The notes under the pieces are model-generated. The model was not told where the DNA came from. It saw only the letters and a list, made by a program, of their open reading frames with translations, and did not search any database. Shown here one piece after another: positions 49,975-59,193 of a stretch of DNA of 64,000 nucleotides (positions are counted from its first letter, which is position 1; every line of letters begins with the position of its first letter). The translations under genes and the position numbers were made by a program. The DNA lies in contig CAWJIE010000002.1 of NCBI GenBank assembly GCA_963842885.1, forward strand, positions 96,001-160,000. Reading direction: 5' to 3'. Source of the stretch: an uncultured Nitrososphaerota archaeon. Its GTDB lineage: Archaea; Thermoproteota; Nitrososphaeria; Conexivisphaerales; DTJL01.

Positions 49975-50427
49975 ATGCTAACTATGTTGGATGACAAGGA
50001 TTCGAAGATCCTGGCCATGCTCGTTGAGGACGGAAGGCGGCCGGTGGTGGAGATAGCGCGAGAGACAGGGCTCCCCCGCGCCACCGCCCAGGAGAGGCTG
50101 CAGAGGCTTGTCCGCACGGGCGTGGTCAGGAAGTTCACGGTGATGCCCGACTACTCGAAACTGGGGAAGGAGGTCCTAGCCTACGTCCTTGTCTCTTTCA
50201 GCAGGGAGGGGAACGTCTCCCAAAGGATGCTGGCCGAGGAGATAGCAAGGATACCTGAGGTCTACGAAATTGCTCTCATATCGGGGGAGTGGGACATGAT
50301 GCTGAAGGTCCGCGGCTCCTCAGTCCAGGAGATCGGCTGGCTCGTGATCGATAGGCTGCGCATGATGAAAGGCATAGAGAAGACTCAGACGTGCCTGTCC
50401 TTCCAGACGATCAAAGAGATACCCTAG
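49975..50427 (+). CDS. Lrp/AsnC regulator, divergent from asnA
   Basis: LDDKDSKIL..DGR..EIARE..PDYSKLG..ISGEWD. Confidence 0.92.
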   Translation: MLTMLDDKDSKILAMLVEDGRRPVVEIARETGLPRATAQERLQRLVRTGVVRKFTVMPDYSKLGKEVLAYVLVSFSREGNVSQRMLAEEIARIPEVYEIALISGEWDMMLKVRGSSVQEIGWLVIDRLRMMKGIEKTQTCLSFQTIKEIP

Positions 50428-50573
50428 GAACGGGCCAACCACGACACCCGGCGACGGGCTGCCGCAACTGTCAAAGCGTAGCCCGGGAAGGGATGGAAAC
50501 AGAATATTCGATTATGCGGCGTTTATCCCGGCGTTGAGCCCGAAGGGGCTTGTCCTTAGCCGATAATGGTAAG

Positions 50574-51833
50574 TCAGGCCCAGACATTTGACCAGGTCAC
50601 AGGTTCCAGCCGGCCTAGGCCTGAACCCTTTCTCCTGGTTTTGCGCCAGGAAGGGAGTGGTGAAGCAGGAATCACCGACGATCGTGGATCGGCGTCTCGT
50701 TCTCGCTCAAGGACTCGCATAGACTCACCATACCCTCGTCTTCTATGCGGAACCAAGTCCACGCCCTCTAACATTGGTGTAGATGCCCTCTGGTTGAGCT
50801 GGATTCTCGCGTCACCAACGAGGTCCATCAGATTCAGAGGCTTCAGGTCGTAGGCGTACGAATACGACCTGACGCATGTCCTAACACACATGTTGCAGTT
50901 CTCGGCTCTCGCCACATGATTCCGGTAAGGATCGCTCGAAAAATAGTCCTCGAAAGACCCCTTCCTCAGATCGTAGCTGTAGTCATAGGTGCAATTGTAG
51001 ATCTTCTTGTCAGGGGAGACGTAGACGAACATCTTCGGGAACTGGCAGGTCCACCGCCTCCCTTCGACAAAATGCTTCAACAGGTATTCCGTCTCCATCA
51101 GAGGATACCCTTCTCGCTTCAGTCTGAGCAGGGTGGCATAGAAGTCGTGGAGCTGCGCCCTGCTGAGCCCCAACTCCATGTTGGGTGAATGAGTCGCCTC
51201 GTTCTGCCCGAAGTCCAGTGTGGGCTCTACCGAATTGTAGGAGATGCCGACCCGCAGTTCCTTGGCCAGCTTCGCCATCGGCTCGATCGCATCGAGGTTC
51301 AACTTGCTGATGGTGGTAGCCAACGTCACCCGCGTGTCCCCCACCTCCCTTATCCTGTTGACACCTCTGATGGCCTCGTCGAAGGAACCACGCCTCCCTC
51401 TGATGAAATCGTGATATTCGTTGAAGTAGTCCAACGAGACGAATGCGAAGTCGAGATTCCGCAGGGAAGTGGCCTTGCTGGCGAGAAGTGAGGCATTCGT
51501 GTTCATGGTCGTCAAGAAGCCCCTGTTCCTGGCGTAATCCACGATCTTCCCGATGTCCTGCCTGATGAGTGGCTCTCCGCCAAAGATGTAGTAGCCTCGC
51601 ATGCCAAAATCGTACGCTTCATCGAGAAGGTCGTAGACCTCCTCCGTGGAAAGGTCCTCCTTCATCCTCGGCGTCAGCTGCCAATACGTGCACGTCTTGC
51701 ACCTAGAATTGCAACCGAAGGTGACGGCGTGGGCCAGGAAGAAGGGCTTGTGAGTGTAGGTCCTTGACTTGAGCATGGACAGAAAGGCGTCAAGGAGCCT
51801 AACCTTGTCCCCTCTGCTTTCTCCCTGGCTCAT
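50574..51833 (-). CDS. Radical SAM protein with C-terminal Cys-rich (SPASM/twitch-like) region
   Basis: CNSRCKTC, GGEP, C-terminal CNMCVRTC. Confidence 0.9.
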   Translation of the reverse strand: MSQGESRGDKVRLLDAFLSMLKSRTYTHKPFFLAHAVTFGCNSRCKTCTYWQLTPRMKEDLSTEEVYDLLDEAYDFGMRGYYIFGGEPLIRQDIGKIVDYARNRGFLTTMNTNASLLASKATSLRNLDFAFVSLDYFNEYHDFIRGRRGSFDEAIRGVNRIREVGDTRVTLATTISKLNLDAIEPMAKLAKELRVGISYNSVEPTLDFGQNEATHSPNMELGLSRAQLHDFYATLLRLKREGYPLMETEYLLKHFVEGRRWTCQFPKMFVYVSPDKKIYNCTYDYSYDLRKGSFEDYFSSDPYRNHVARAENCNMCVRTCVRSYSYAYDLKPLNLMDLVGDARIQLNQRASTPMLEGVDLVPHRRRGYGESMRVLERERDADPRSSVIPASPLPSWRKTRRKGSGLGRLEPVTWSNVWA

Positions 51834-51996
51834 GCCAGGCTCTAGCTGTTATTATGGTGAACCTAACGTATAAGGCATTAACATGAGCGAGAGGGCGATT
51901 CTCAATATCAGAGAACGGTCTCGTCGCCGACGCAATCTGAAAGCGGGCTCGATAAATCCATATTAGAGCACATAACGATAAGCTACCTTACGGGGA

Positions 51997-52272
51997 GTGC
52001 ACCTTGATCGAAATAGAGAACCTCACAAAGAAGGTGCTACTCCAGTGAAGAAGTGGCAAGTAATCCTAGCTGGATTCTTTGGGCCGTATGTGCTGTGGTT
52101 CTTCTTGTGGAGGGTAATGGACATGACCAATCGAGGTCGTGTCAAGACTGTGGGGATCTATGCAGAGATAGCTACAATCTTCGTCTATGCAGCGATCATG
52201 CTGTCTCTTCTAATCACAGTACTAGCTTGGCGTACCATTGATCAAGAACTCCATGAGGTGCTACCTCGATGA
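51997..52272 (+). CDS. Small two-TM protein
   Basis: Two hydrophobic helices. Confidence 0.5.
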   Translation: MHLDRNREPHKEGATPVKKWQVILAGFFGPYVLWFFLWRVMDMTNRGRVKTVGIYAEIATIFVYAAIMLSLLITVLAWRTIDQELHEVLPR

Positions 52273-52396
52273 AGCCCAAGCCTAAACCAGTTGGATCATG
52301 CGCGCTATCGAAAGACGAACTTGCTTTGCTAGGGCAAGGCCGTCTTTCTCCTCGGAGGAAGGCGAAAGGCCCAACGCCAACGGCTCCACATAGTGA

Positions 52397-53071
52397 ATGG
52401 CAATGCTAGCAGACTACTTCTCGCGGTTCCTGACAAGGCGGTGGGCGATCCTAGTCCTGGTAGCAGTGGCGGTGGAGACGGTGCTCATCCTGAGGGTGAT
52501 CTCCATGCCCGTGAGCAGCTCCGAAGCGGAGAGCGCATGGGAGCAGGCTCAGAAACTGGTTTCAGGGATCAAAGGTCAGCCCTATCCGGTCCTTGTGCTC
52601 TCTATCTTCGCGAACAACCTCAAGGCGGTCGTGCTCTTCATGATACCTGGGCTCGGATGGTTCTCGCTTCCCCTGTCCTTCATCTCGACCTTCAGGTTGC
52701 TTGCAGGGGCCGCGGCATACAAGGGGATTCCCTGGGAGACGGTCGCCCAGACCTTCTTCATTCCGCCGCACGTGTGGCTGGAGAACGCGGCATACGCCAT
52801 CGCCATAGTGCAGAGCTTCCTCCTGGTGTACTATGCGATGACAGGAAGGTTCAGGAAGGAGCTATGGAGGACGGGCGTGGCCTTCGTCCTGTCAGTCACG
52901 ACCCTGTTTGCCGCCGCCCTGCTCGAAGCACTCGAGATCGCCGTCGGCAATCATGGAGGGGTGATAGCAGCATGGGTCGCCCTCGCCGTCTTCGTGTTGC
53001 CGACCTGCTTTCTCCTCAGAAGGTCCCTGGTCAGAAACAGCGCTCGAACTGAGGGGGCTGTCGGGGCCTAA
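52397..53071 (+). CDS. SpoIIM/DUF95-like membrane protein
   Basis: IFANNL, PH.WLE and AALLE motifs. Confidence 0.8.
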   Translation: MAMLADYFSRFLTRRWAILVLVAVAVETVLILRVISMPVSSSEAESAWEQAQKLVSGIKGQPYPVLVLSIFANNLKAVVLFMIPGLGWFSLPLSFISTFRLLAGAAAYKGIPWETVAQTFFIPPHVWLENAAYAIAIVQSFLLVYYAMTGRFRKELWRTGVAFVLSVTTLFAAALLEALEIAVGNHGGVIAAWVALAVFVLPTCFLLRRSLVRNSARTEGAVGA

Positions 53072-53291
53072 GCCGCGGGTTGGCCGAGCTGAGAGTCAAC
53101 GGGGGCGCGAAGGGACTCATACCGAATTGGGTTCAAGCCTCCTCAGGTCACCCGATTCTCCAGAAGCAGGCCGTCAGTTTCATCCTATTGCCATCGACGT
53201 CCTCCGTTCTAGTCACCGAACTGTACGGCGAGCCGGTTACCCAAGTCATAATAAGCCGTCAGGCCATCAAACCGGTTCAGGTGCATTCCAG

Positions 53292-53933
53292 ATGGCGGAG
53301 TTCGGGAGGAAGTGGAAGACTTCAGATGACCCCAGCCTGAGGGAGAGGCTGGGCGGATGGTTCAAGCCGAGCGAGCCCCTCAAGCCGCGGATCGAGACGG
53401 CTGGCAGGGGTCTCCAGACCTACATCGCGCTCCTAGAGTCCAGCAGCCGCAGGCTCCAGGATCGCGACGCTGCCATCTTTGCCAAGGTCGTTCACTTCGT
53501 CCAGAGCCGCGACGGCCAGCACGCCGCCGCCTACGCCAACGAGCTGGTGGAACTGAGGAAACTCGAGAAGCTCATCTCCTCGGTGGAGGTCGCCTTCGAA
53601 GGGATACTCCAGCGCCTGAGGACGGCCACCGACCTGGGAGACGTCGTAACCATACTCGCCCCTGCGGAGGTCATCCTGAAGAGCGTGAGGCCAGGCCTGC
53701 AGGGAGTGCTTCCCGAGGCTGAGCGCGAGATCTCAGAGGTAGGAGAGCTGCTCAGCGGCGTCCTGACCGACGCCGGAAGCGTCGGCGAGGTGGGCGTCAA
53801 CTTCCAGGCCGCGAACGATGACGCCGAGAGGATCCTGAGGGAGGCTGAGGTCGTCGCCGAAGACAGGATGAAGGAGAGGCTCCCCGAAGTCCCCCGATTC
53901 AAGTACGGCGAGGAAGAGGGCTACAGCCAATAG
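53292..53933 (+). CDS. ESCRT-III / Snf7 (CdvB1/B2-like) protein
   Basis: PLKPRIE..D..IFAKVV..A.AYANEL.ELRK..RL.T.TDLGD.V..LAPA..ILREA..AE...ERLP. Confidence 0.88.
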   Translation: MAEFGRKWKTSDDPSLRERLGGWFKPSEPLKPRIETAGRGLQTYIALLESSSRRLQDRDAAIFAKVVHFVQSRDGQHAAAYANELVELRKLEKLISSVEVAFEGILQRLRTATDLGDVVTILAPAEVILKSVRPGLQGVLPEAEREISEVGELLSGVLTDAGSVGEVGVNFQAANDDAERILREAEVVAEDRMKERLPEVPRFKYGEEEGYSQ

Positions 53934-54012
53934 CCCGCTGCAGCTCCGGCGACTCATTGGAATCACGCCTTCGGCTCGATGAGACTCGGAGACGCCATAG
54001 GGGCGGGAATGT

Positions 54013-54759
54013 TCAGAAGAACAACTCACTGCGATTCAACAGGCGAACCGTTCCCTCGAACCCGACTCGAACATGTCGCGGGCCTGTCTTGATTATGAGG
54101 CCGTTCAAGAAGTCCAGCTTCAGAATCGGTATGCCAAGGAGGAAGCCCACCAGTGGATAGATCTGGAGGTCATGAGTCACGATCAGGGAAACGCCCTCGG
54201 ATTCAGGAAGCTGACGGTCAAAGAGCTCGCGGAGGAAACCAGTAGCATATCTGTCTGCCGGAACCAGGGCACCGTCCTGAGCCGTGCCACGCAGCCAGTC
54301 GTCGACGAATTCTTCCCAATGTCCTGATCCGAGGGCCAGGTCATACTTCCGCCTATCAGCAATCGGAGATCCAAAGGCAAGAGTTCCCTGTCCTGAGATC
54401 CGGCAACCTTTCTCTCTTGCTCCGGCTGCGATGGCATCTGCAGTATCAAGGCATCGTTTCAGTCCCCAGCCGTAGGCGCCCATTGTGAGAATCCCTCCAT
54501 CCTGAGCCAGTGCCCTCCCGAAGCTCCTGGCGGCTTCGATGCCCCTTTCCGTCAGTCCGACGCCGTCCCACGCCTGTATGGGCACGTCATCGAAGGATGG
54601 ACGCTCAGAGTGCCTGACTATCAAGACAGTACGATTGACAGCGTCGAGACGCCTGACCAAGTCCACTACGCTGTTGCCGTAGAGCAACCCACTTGCCATG
54701 AGGTCCACCCGTTCGGTCCACTGACCGGCATTAAAAACCGCTCGCATCTGTTTCGTCAT
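54013..54759 (-). CDS. Histidine phosphatase family protein
   Basis: LIVRHSER, LT..G, RCLDTA and VTHD motifs. Confidence 0.85.
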   Translation of the reverse strand: MTKQMRAVFNAGQWTERVDLMASGLLYGNSVVDLVRRLDAVNRTVLIVRHSERPSFDDVPIQAWDGVGLTERGIEAARSFGRALAQDGGILTMGAYGWGLKRCLDTADAIAAGAREKGCRISGQGTLAFGSPIADRRKYDLALGSGHWEEFVDDWLRGTAQDGALVPADRYATGFLRELFDRQLPESEGVSLIVTHDLQIYPLVGFLLGIPILKLDFLNGLIIKTGPRHVRVGFEGTVRLLNRSELFF

Positions 54760-54785
54760 CGGGCGGCATTCCTCGCAAGTCCTGC

Positions 54786-54855
54786 CCTATCCAACCGGTA
54801 TAGAGACTCAGGAAGCTATGTTCAAGCCAGCCCCCGCTGACGTCCAAGCCTGCGT
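54786..54855. repeat. Degenerate module E (+, 54786-54828) and half module A (-, 54841-54855)
   Basis: ccaaccggtatagagactcaggaagctatgttcaagcc; cgtccaagcctgcgt. Confidence 0.65.
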
Positions 54856-55055
54856 TCGACGAGCATGGCCATACCCACGCCAATGAGGACCGTGAAGAAC
54901 GCCAGAGACGCCGGGAACCCCGATATTGAAGTTGCTGTTGATCTGATTGAGACACCCACACGCCCAGAGTTGACGACGCAGAGGCACCCGTTGGAGGGAT
55001 CCTGTGCTACCCAAGAGGCATCACTTCCCATCTTGATGGTGCCCGCCTCTCCCAT
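54822..55055 (-). pseudogene. Possible orphan C-terminal sorting-signal fragment
   Basis: ISGFPASLAFFTVLIGVGMAMLVERRLGR resembles the PEF-CTERM tail of 28659..29165. Confidence 0.4.
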
Positions 55056-55136
55056 GGTTCTTCATATCGAGGTCGCCCTTCGACCATCGGCTAGACTTTA
55101 AGTACCGTCACCGAAGGTTAATGGCTGAAAACCCTT

Positions 55137-56099
55137 TTGCCTTCCGACCGGAGGCTGGCCCTGGCACTGCTCGTCGTCTTGCTTGCGATGCCTTTGGCGG
55201 CCGCCTACATCTCGAATCCACTGATCCTCAACGCAGGATGGAACGAGGGGAAGGGGAGCCTCATTCTGGTCTTGGCGTTCATAGCGATCGAAGGCCTGGA
55301 TGCTACCTATCGACTGAACAGGGGCAAGGTCGCAATCGCGTTCCTCTGCTCCGCCTTTCTTTCTTTCGTCTTCTACTACGACCCAGGGTCCCTTCAAGCG
55401 ATCACGCAGGCAGGCACCTATTTCGGCGTGGCGCCCAGTCTCCTGATCTACAGCTGGCACGAATTCTGGGTCACAGTGGCATATCTTTCGTTGACCTTGA
55501 TCCTGATAGTCGACTTGACCGGGATCAGGCAGCTCAGGGCCTTTCTGTTCACGCTGACCTACGCGGCGCTGACCGCGACCTTCCTGATCCTCGACGCAGT
55601 ATTCCCGTTCGATGAGCTGGGTCCCCTCCAATCGATTGTGCCCGTGCTGGTGTCGATCGCCACTGGTATCATGAAGGCCACCCATCTGGTGAACATAACG
55701 TCGTCCGGGAACACCATGCTCATCAACGCGGGGGGCACGGTGAAGGCGCTGGTCGTCTACTGGCCATCCGCCGGCGTCCAAAGCTTCCTGATATTCACTG
55801 GGATCGCCGTAGCCTTCCTCCTCAAGCAGAGGATAGGCGGATTCAGGTTTGTGGCCTATGCGGTCCTGGGTGCCCTCGGGACCATCTCTGTAAACATCGT
55901 GAGGATAGTGCTGCTGGCATACTACGCCGCCTATTATCCAGCCCAGTACTTCCAAAGCTTCCACGACGTGATTGGGGAGATCCTGTTCTTGCCGTGGCTC
56001 GTGGCCTTCATGCTGATAGTCCACTATGCGGAGAGGCACTTCAACAGGAAGTCCTCCTCCCCGCCTCTCCCAGGGCAGCCCATTTCCCTCCCGGCTTGA
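55137..56099 (+). CDS. Thaumarchaeosortase-like exosortase (Ser in place of catalytic Cys)
   Basis: WNEGKG, YWPSAGVQS, NIVRI and FHDVIGEI motifs. Confidence 0.85.
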   Translation: MPSDRRLALALLVVLLAMPLAAAYISNPLILNAGWNEGKGSLILVLAFIAIEGLDATYRLNRGKVAIAFLCSAFLSFVFYYDPGSLQAITQAGTYFGVAPSLLIYSWHEFWVTVAYLSLTLILIVDLTGIRQLRAFLFTLTYAALTATFLILDAVFPFDELGPLQSIVPVLVSIATGIMKATHLVNITSSGNTMLINAGGTVKALVVYWPSAGVQSFLIFTGIAVAFLLKQRIGGFRFVAYAVLGALGTISVNIVRIVLLAYYAAYYPAQYFQSFHDVIGEILFLPWLVAFMLIVHYAERHFNRKSSSPPLPGQPISLPA

Positions 56100-56458
56100 G
56101 AGTGAGGTCGAAGGGGTATCGTCCAAGCCGGGTCTTCGTGGTAGGTGTGCCCTGGGAGGGGCACCTGGACAGGTGATGGCGAACGGCGGGCTTCGTTCAC
56201 GCTCCGCTTTTCCATGTTCTAAGTACTAGACGTAACACCGGAGAGCCTCATCCATGCAGGAGAAGGGGGGACACCACGACTCAAGGTCGGATGGAGGTGC
56301 ATCGTCGGCCGGGCGCGCCTCCCTATCAGAAAGTGTTTAATCCCAGCTTCTTGGAGTGGCTTCCAATGTCGTCTCGGCGGGGAGCCGCATCAGCATCCGC
56401 TGCGCAGGCGAGGCGGACGCCTGAGCGGGCTGGCCGGCATGGGCGGACCTGATGGCGC

Positions 56459-58010
56459 ATGAGCTTCTTCAGCGCCCTGCTATTGGTCGTCTCCCTAGCC
56501 GTCACGTTCATCTTCTTCGCCTACGGATTCAACATCTTCTACATGCTGAGGCTTTCGAGGAAGTACAAGAAGCCCACCTCCCAGGGCCACGACAAGCCCA
56601 CCATAGCCATCCATCTCCCCATATTCAACGAACGATACGTCGCCGAGAGGCTCCTGGAGGCCTGCTCCGCCACCGCCGAGCTCTACGGAAAGGAGAAGGT
56701 GTACGTCTCCGTCCTCGATGACTCCGATGACGAGACCACCTCCATACTTCAGGAGGTCGCCGGCGGCTACAGGGCCAGGGGTTTCAACTTCGACGTGCAG
56801 CACAGGGATGACAGGACCGGCTTCAAGGCGGGGGCCCTCAACGCGGCCCTCACGAAGGCCAAGGAGGAATTCATCGTGGTCTTCGACTCGGATTTCATGC
56901 CCAAGAAGGGACTTCCTGGACAGGGCGGCCAGCTACATAACGGCCGACGATGGGCTGGGGGTGGTCCAGTTCAGGTGGAGCTACACCAACCGGGAGTACA
57001 ACTGGATAACCAGGGCGGTCTCCATAGGCATGGATGCCCACTTCATAATCGAGCAGCCTGCGAGGTGCGCCGGCGGCCTGTTCCTCAACTTCAACGGCAG
57101 CGCCGGCATCATCCGGACCAGGGCGCTCCGCGAATCCGGCGGCTGGCAGTCCGACACCTTGGCCGAGGACCTGGACGCCAGCTACAGAATGCAGCTCCTT
57201 CGCTACCGCATTCAGTACGTCGACGACGACGTCCCCTGCGAAATCCCGCCCACGGTAGCGAGCTTCAAGAGGCAGCAGGCTAGGTGGGCCAGAGGGAGCC
57301 TGCAGGTGGCCAAGAAGTCGCTCCCCCGGCTCCTGAGGGACAAAGGCGTCACCGTGCGCCAGAAGCTGGAGGCGTCCATTCACCTGACCTATTACACCGT
57401 CCATCCCCTGATGTACATCTCCTTCCTGCTGGCCGCCATGGCCGCCATATTCAACATCAACAGCATCAAGGTCGTCATCCCCACGGCTGCTCAGATAGGC
57501 GGGCTCGGTCAGGGCGGAGTGGCCGGGGTCACCTGGACCGACCCGGTTTGGCTGGTCTTCGCGCTCTCCATCGTCCTGTGCACCGCGGCGGCCTGGATAT
57601 ACTACATCGTGGCCATGAGGATGCAGCACATCAGCGTGGTCAGAAACTGGCGGTACCTCCTGGCCCTGGGCTTCCTGGGCTACGGCATAAGCGTGAGCAA
57701 CACGCTCGAAGCGGCGAAGGCCTTCCTGCTCAAGGGGAGCGGCGCGTTCAAGAGGACGCCGAAGTACGCGGTGATCGGGAAGGAGGGCTCCTGGAAGGAC
57801 AAGAAATACCAGGTGCCCCTTGACTACACGTCGCTGGTGGAGGCGCTCAGCGTGATACTGGCGGCCGTGGCCATCGGCAGGGCCGTCGCCTTCGGCAACT
57901 TCGGCATCATCATAATACTGGGCGTCTACGCGTTCGCCTACGTCTTCGTGTTCTCCACGACCATCTCCCAGAGCGGCAAGGAGAACGCCATCCCCCTCAT
58001 GGCTTCCTGA
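56459..58010 (+). CDS. GT2 membrane glycosyltransferase (cellulose synthase-like), frameshifted near 56905
   Basis: LPIFNE, DDS, KAGALN and FDSDF in one frame; AEDLD and QQARW in the next. Confidence 0.9.
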
Positions 58011-58060
58011 CGGCTTCACCGGGGCCCTATGGTCGAGGCCGGCTTGCGCCCACGTCATTC

Positions 58061-58167
58061 TTGGATATCTATTGATGCCGGATAAGAAATCAATATCATC
58101 GATTTGACCGACGATGACGACTCTCGCTTAGTCATCTTTATGTTATTGAAAACAAGAGGCCAGTTGG
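58061..58167 (+). repeat. Module B + linker + C
   Basis: ttggatatctattgatgccggataagaaatcaatatcatc...ctctcgcttagtcatctttatgttattgaaaacaag. Confidence 0.9.
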
Positions 58168-58341
58168 ACCAAATGAGCCATTGGGCCTGTCGGCCAGTTG
58201 TGTGGAAGGTCGAGACTCGCGGCGAGTACCTGATACAGAACCTTCAGGGATTGACACGTGTATGGTAGACTCTGGTGCCCCACCTGTGGACTAGGCAATT
58301 CAGCTTCATGCCTTTCGAAGTCGCCCTGAACAGGCTCTCGA

Positions 58342-59130
58342 CTACTTGGTGTGGGACGCGCGCCTGCTCGCCCCACCTACATAATTCCTGGCCTTATCGA
58401 AGGCTGGACCCAAAGGTAACAGAGAGACGTAGAAGGCCGCGAGGATTGTCTTACAGGTGAAGGTCATGCCCACCGCCAGCCCACATGTGTCCGTCGTTTC
58501 AAGCAAGGGGAGATAGTAAGTACCGGTTACTCTGCATTGTGGAAATCCATAGAGTATCCAAAGCGTCCACAGTGTGATGAATGCGGCCAGCAACACCGCG
58601 CTCATCCATTTGAATGATAGGTACTTGCGAAACAGAAGGACGGGTAGAATGGTAAGGACCGTCAGAATGAGGACCCTTATCTGAGTGCCATTGATGTACG
58701 GTGGTTCGAAGTAGTTCAGATACACCGGAAACGTGAAATGATATACCAACTCGTACGTCTGAATGCATGCGAAGGCGAAAAGGACCGCAGCCAAGACGGC
58801 ATCCGTCCTCCCCGCTCCGCTGTAAGATAGGGACCGTTCCGCCAGAATGAAAAGGACAGCCACCAAAGCCAACGTGAACGGGGATACGTCACCCAACCAG
58901 TGAACTTGGTATTGCTGCTTGGCTGTCATGTACACGAACAGGGCTATCGCCAATAGGGCTCCGATCCTCATCCCCCAGACCAAGGAATCCGACAGCTTCC
59001 ATGAGCCATCTCCATCAATCTGCTGTCCCGCAGACCCGGAGTCGAATGGCAGCGTGCATGGTCGCCTTGCGAAATAGGTCATCCCTACTCGCAAATAACG
59101 CTTATCATAGCGAGGCCTTCGCCCGGTCAC
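58342..59130 (-). CDS. Multi-TM hypothetical membrane protein (true start probably further in)
   Basis: About 6 TM; YELVYHFTFP and YGFPQ motifs. Confidence 0.7.
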   Translation of the reverse strand: MTGRRPRYDKRYLRVGMTYFARRPCTLPFDSGSAGQQIDGDGSWKLSDSLVWGMRIGALLAIALFVYMTAKQQYQVHWLGDVSPFTLALVAVLFILAERSLSYSGAGRTDAVLAAVLFAFACIQTYELVYHFTFPVYLNYFEPPYINGTQIRVLILTVLTILPVLLFRKYLSFKWMSAVLLAAFITLWTLWILYGFPQCRVTGTYYLPLLETTDTCGLAVGMTFTCKTILAAFYVSLLPLGPAFDKARNYVGGASRRASHTK

Positions 59131-59193
59131 CTTGGTCCTTATACCCCTAAATAGAGCTCAGGAGGACTTGACCCTCGAGGCTAACCAGTCCAG

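Noticed and set aside
49878-50138. Long N-terminal extension of the asnA ORF
   Set aside because: It overlaps the divergent Lrp gene and promoter; homology begins near 49877.
55098-58058. Long antisense ORFs (55098..56126, 56895..58058 and similar elsewhere)
   Set aside because: They are shadows of high-GC coding genes on the opposite strand with no family motifs.
768-58167. Canonical integron (attC/CALIN)
   Set aside because: The modules have no consistent RYYYAAC...GTTRRRY boxes, genes face both ways relative to the repeats, and there is no intI in the window. A formal covariance-model scan is still needed.
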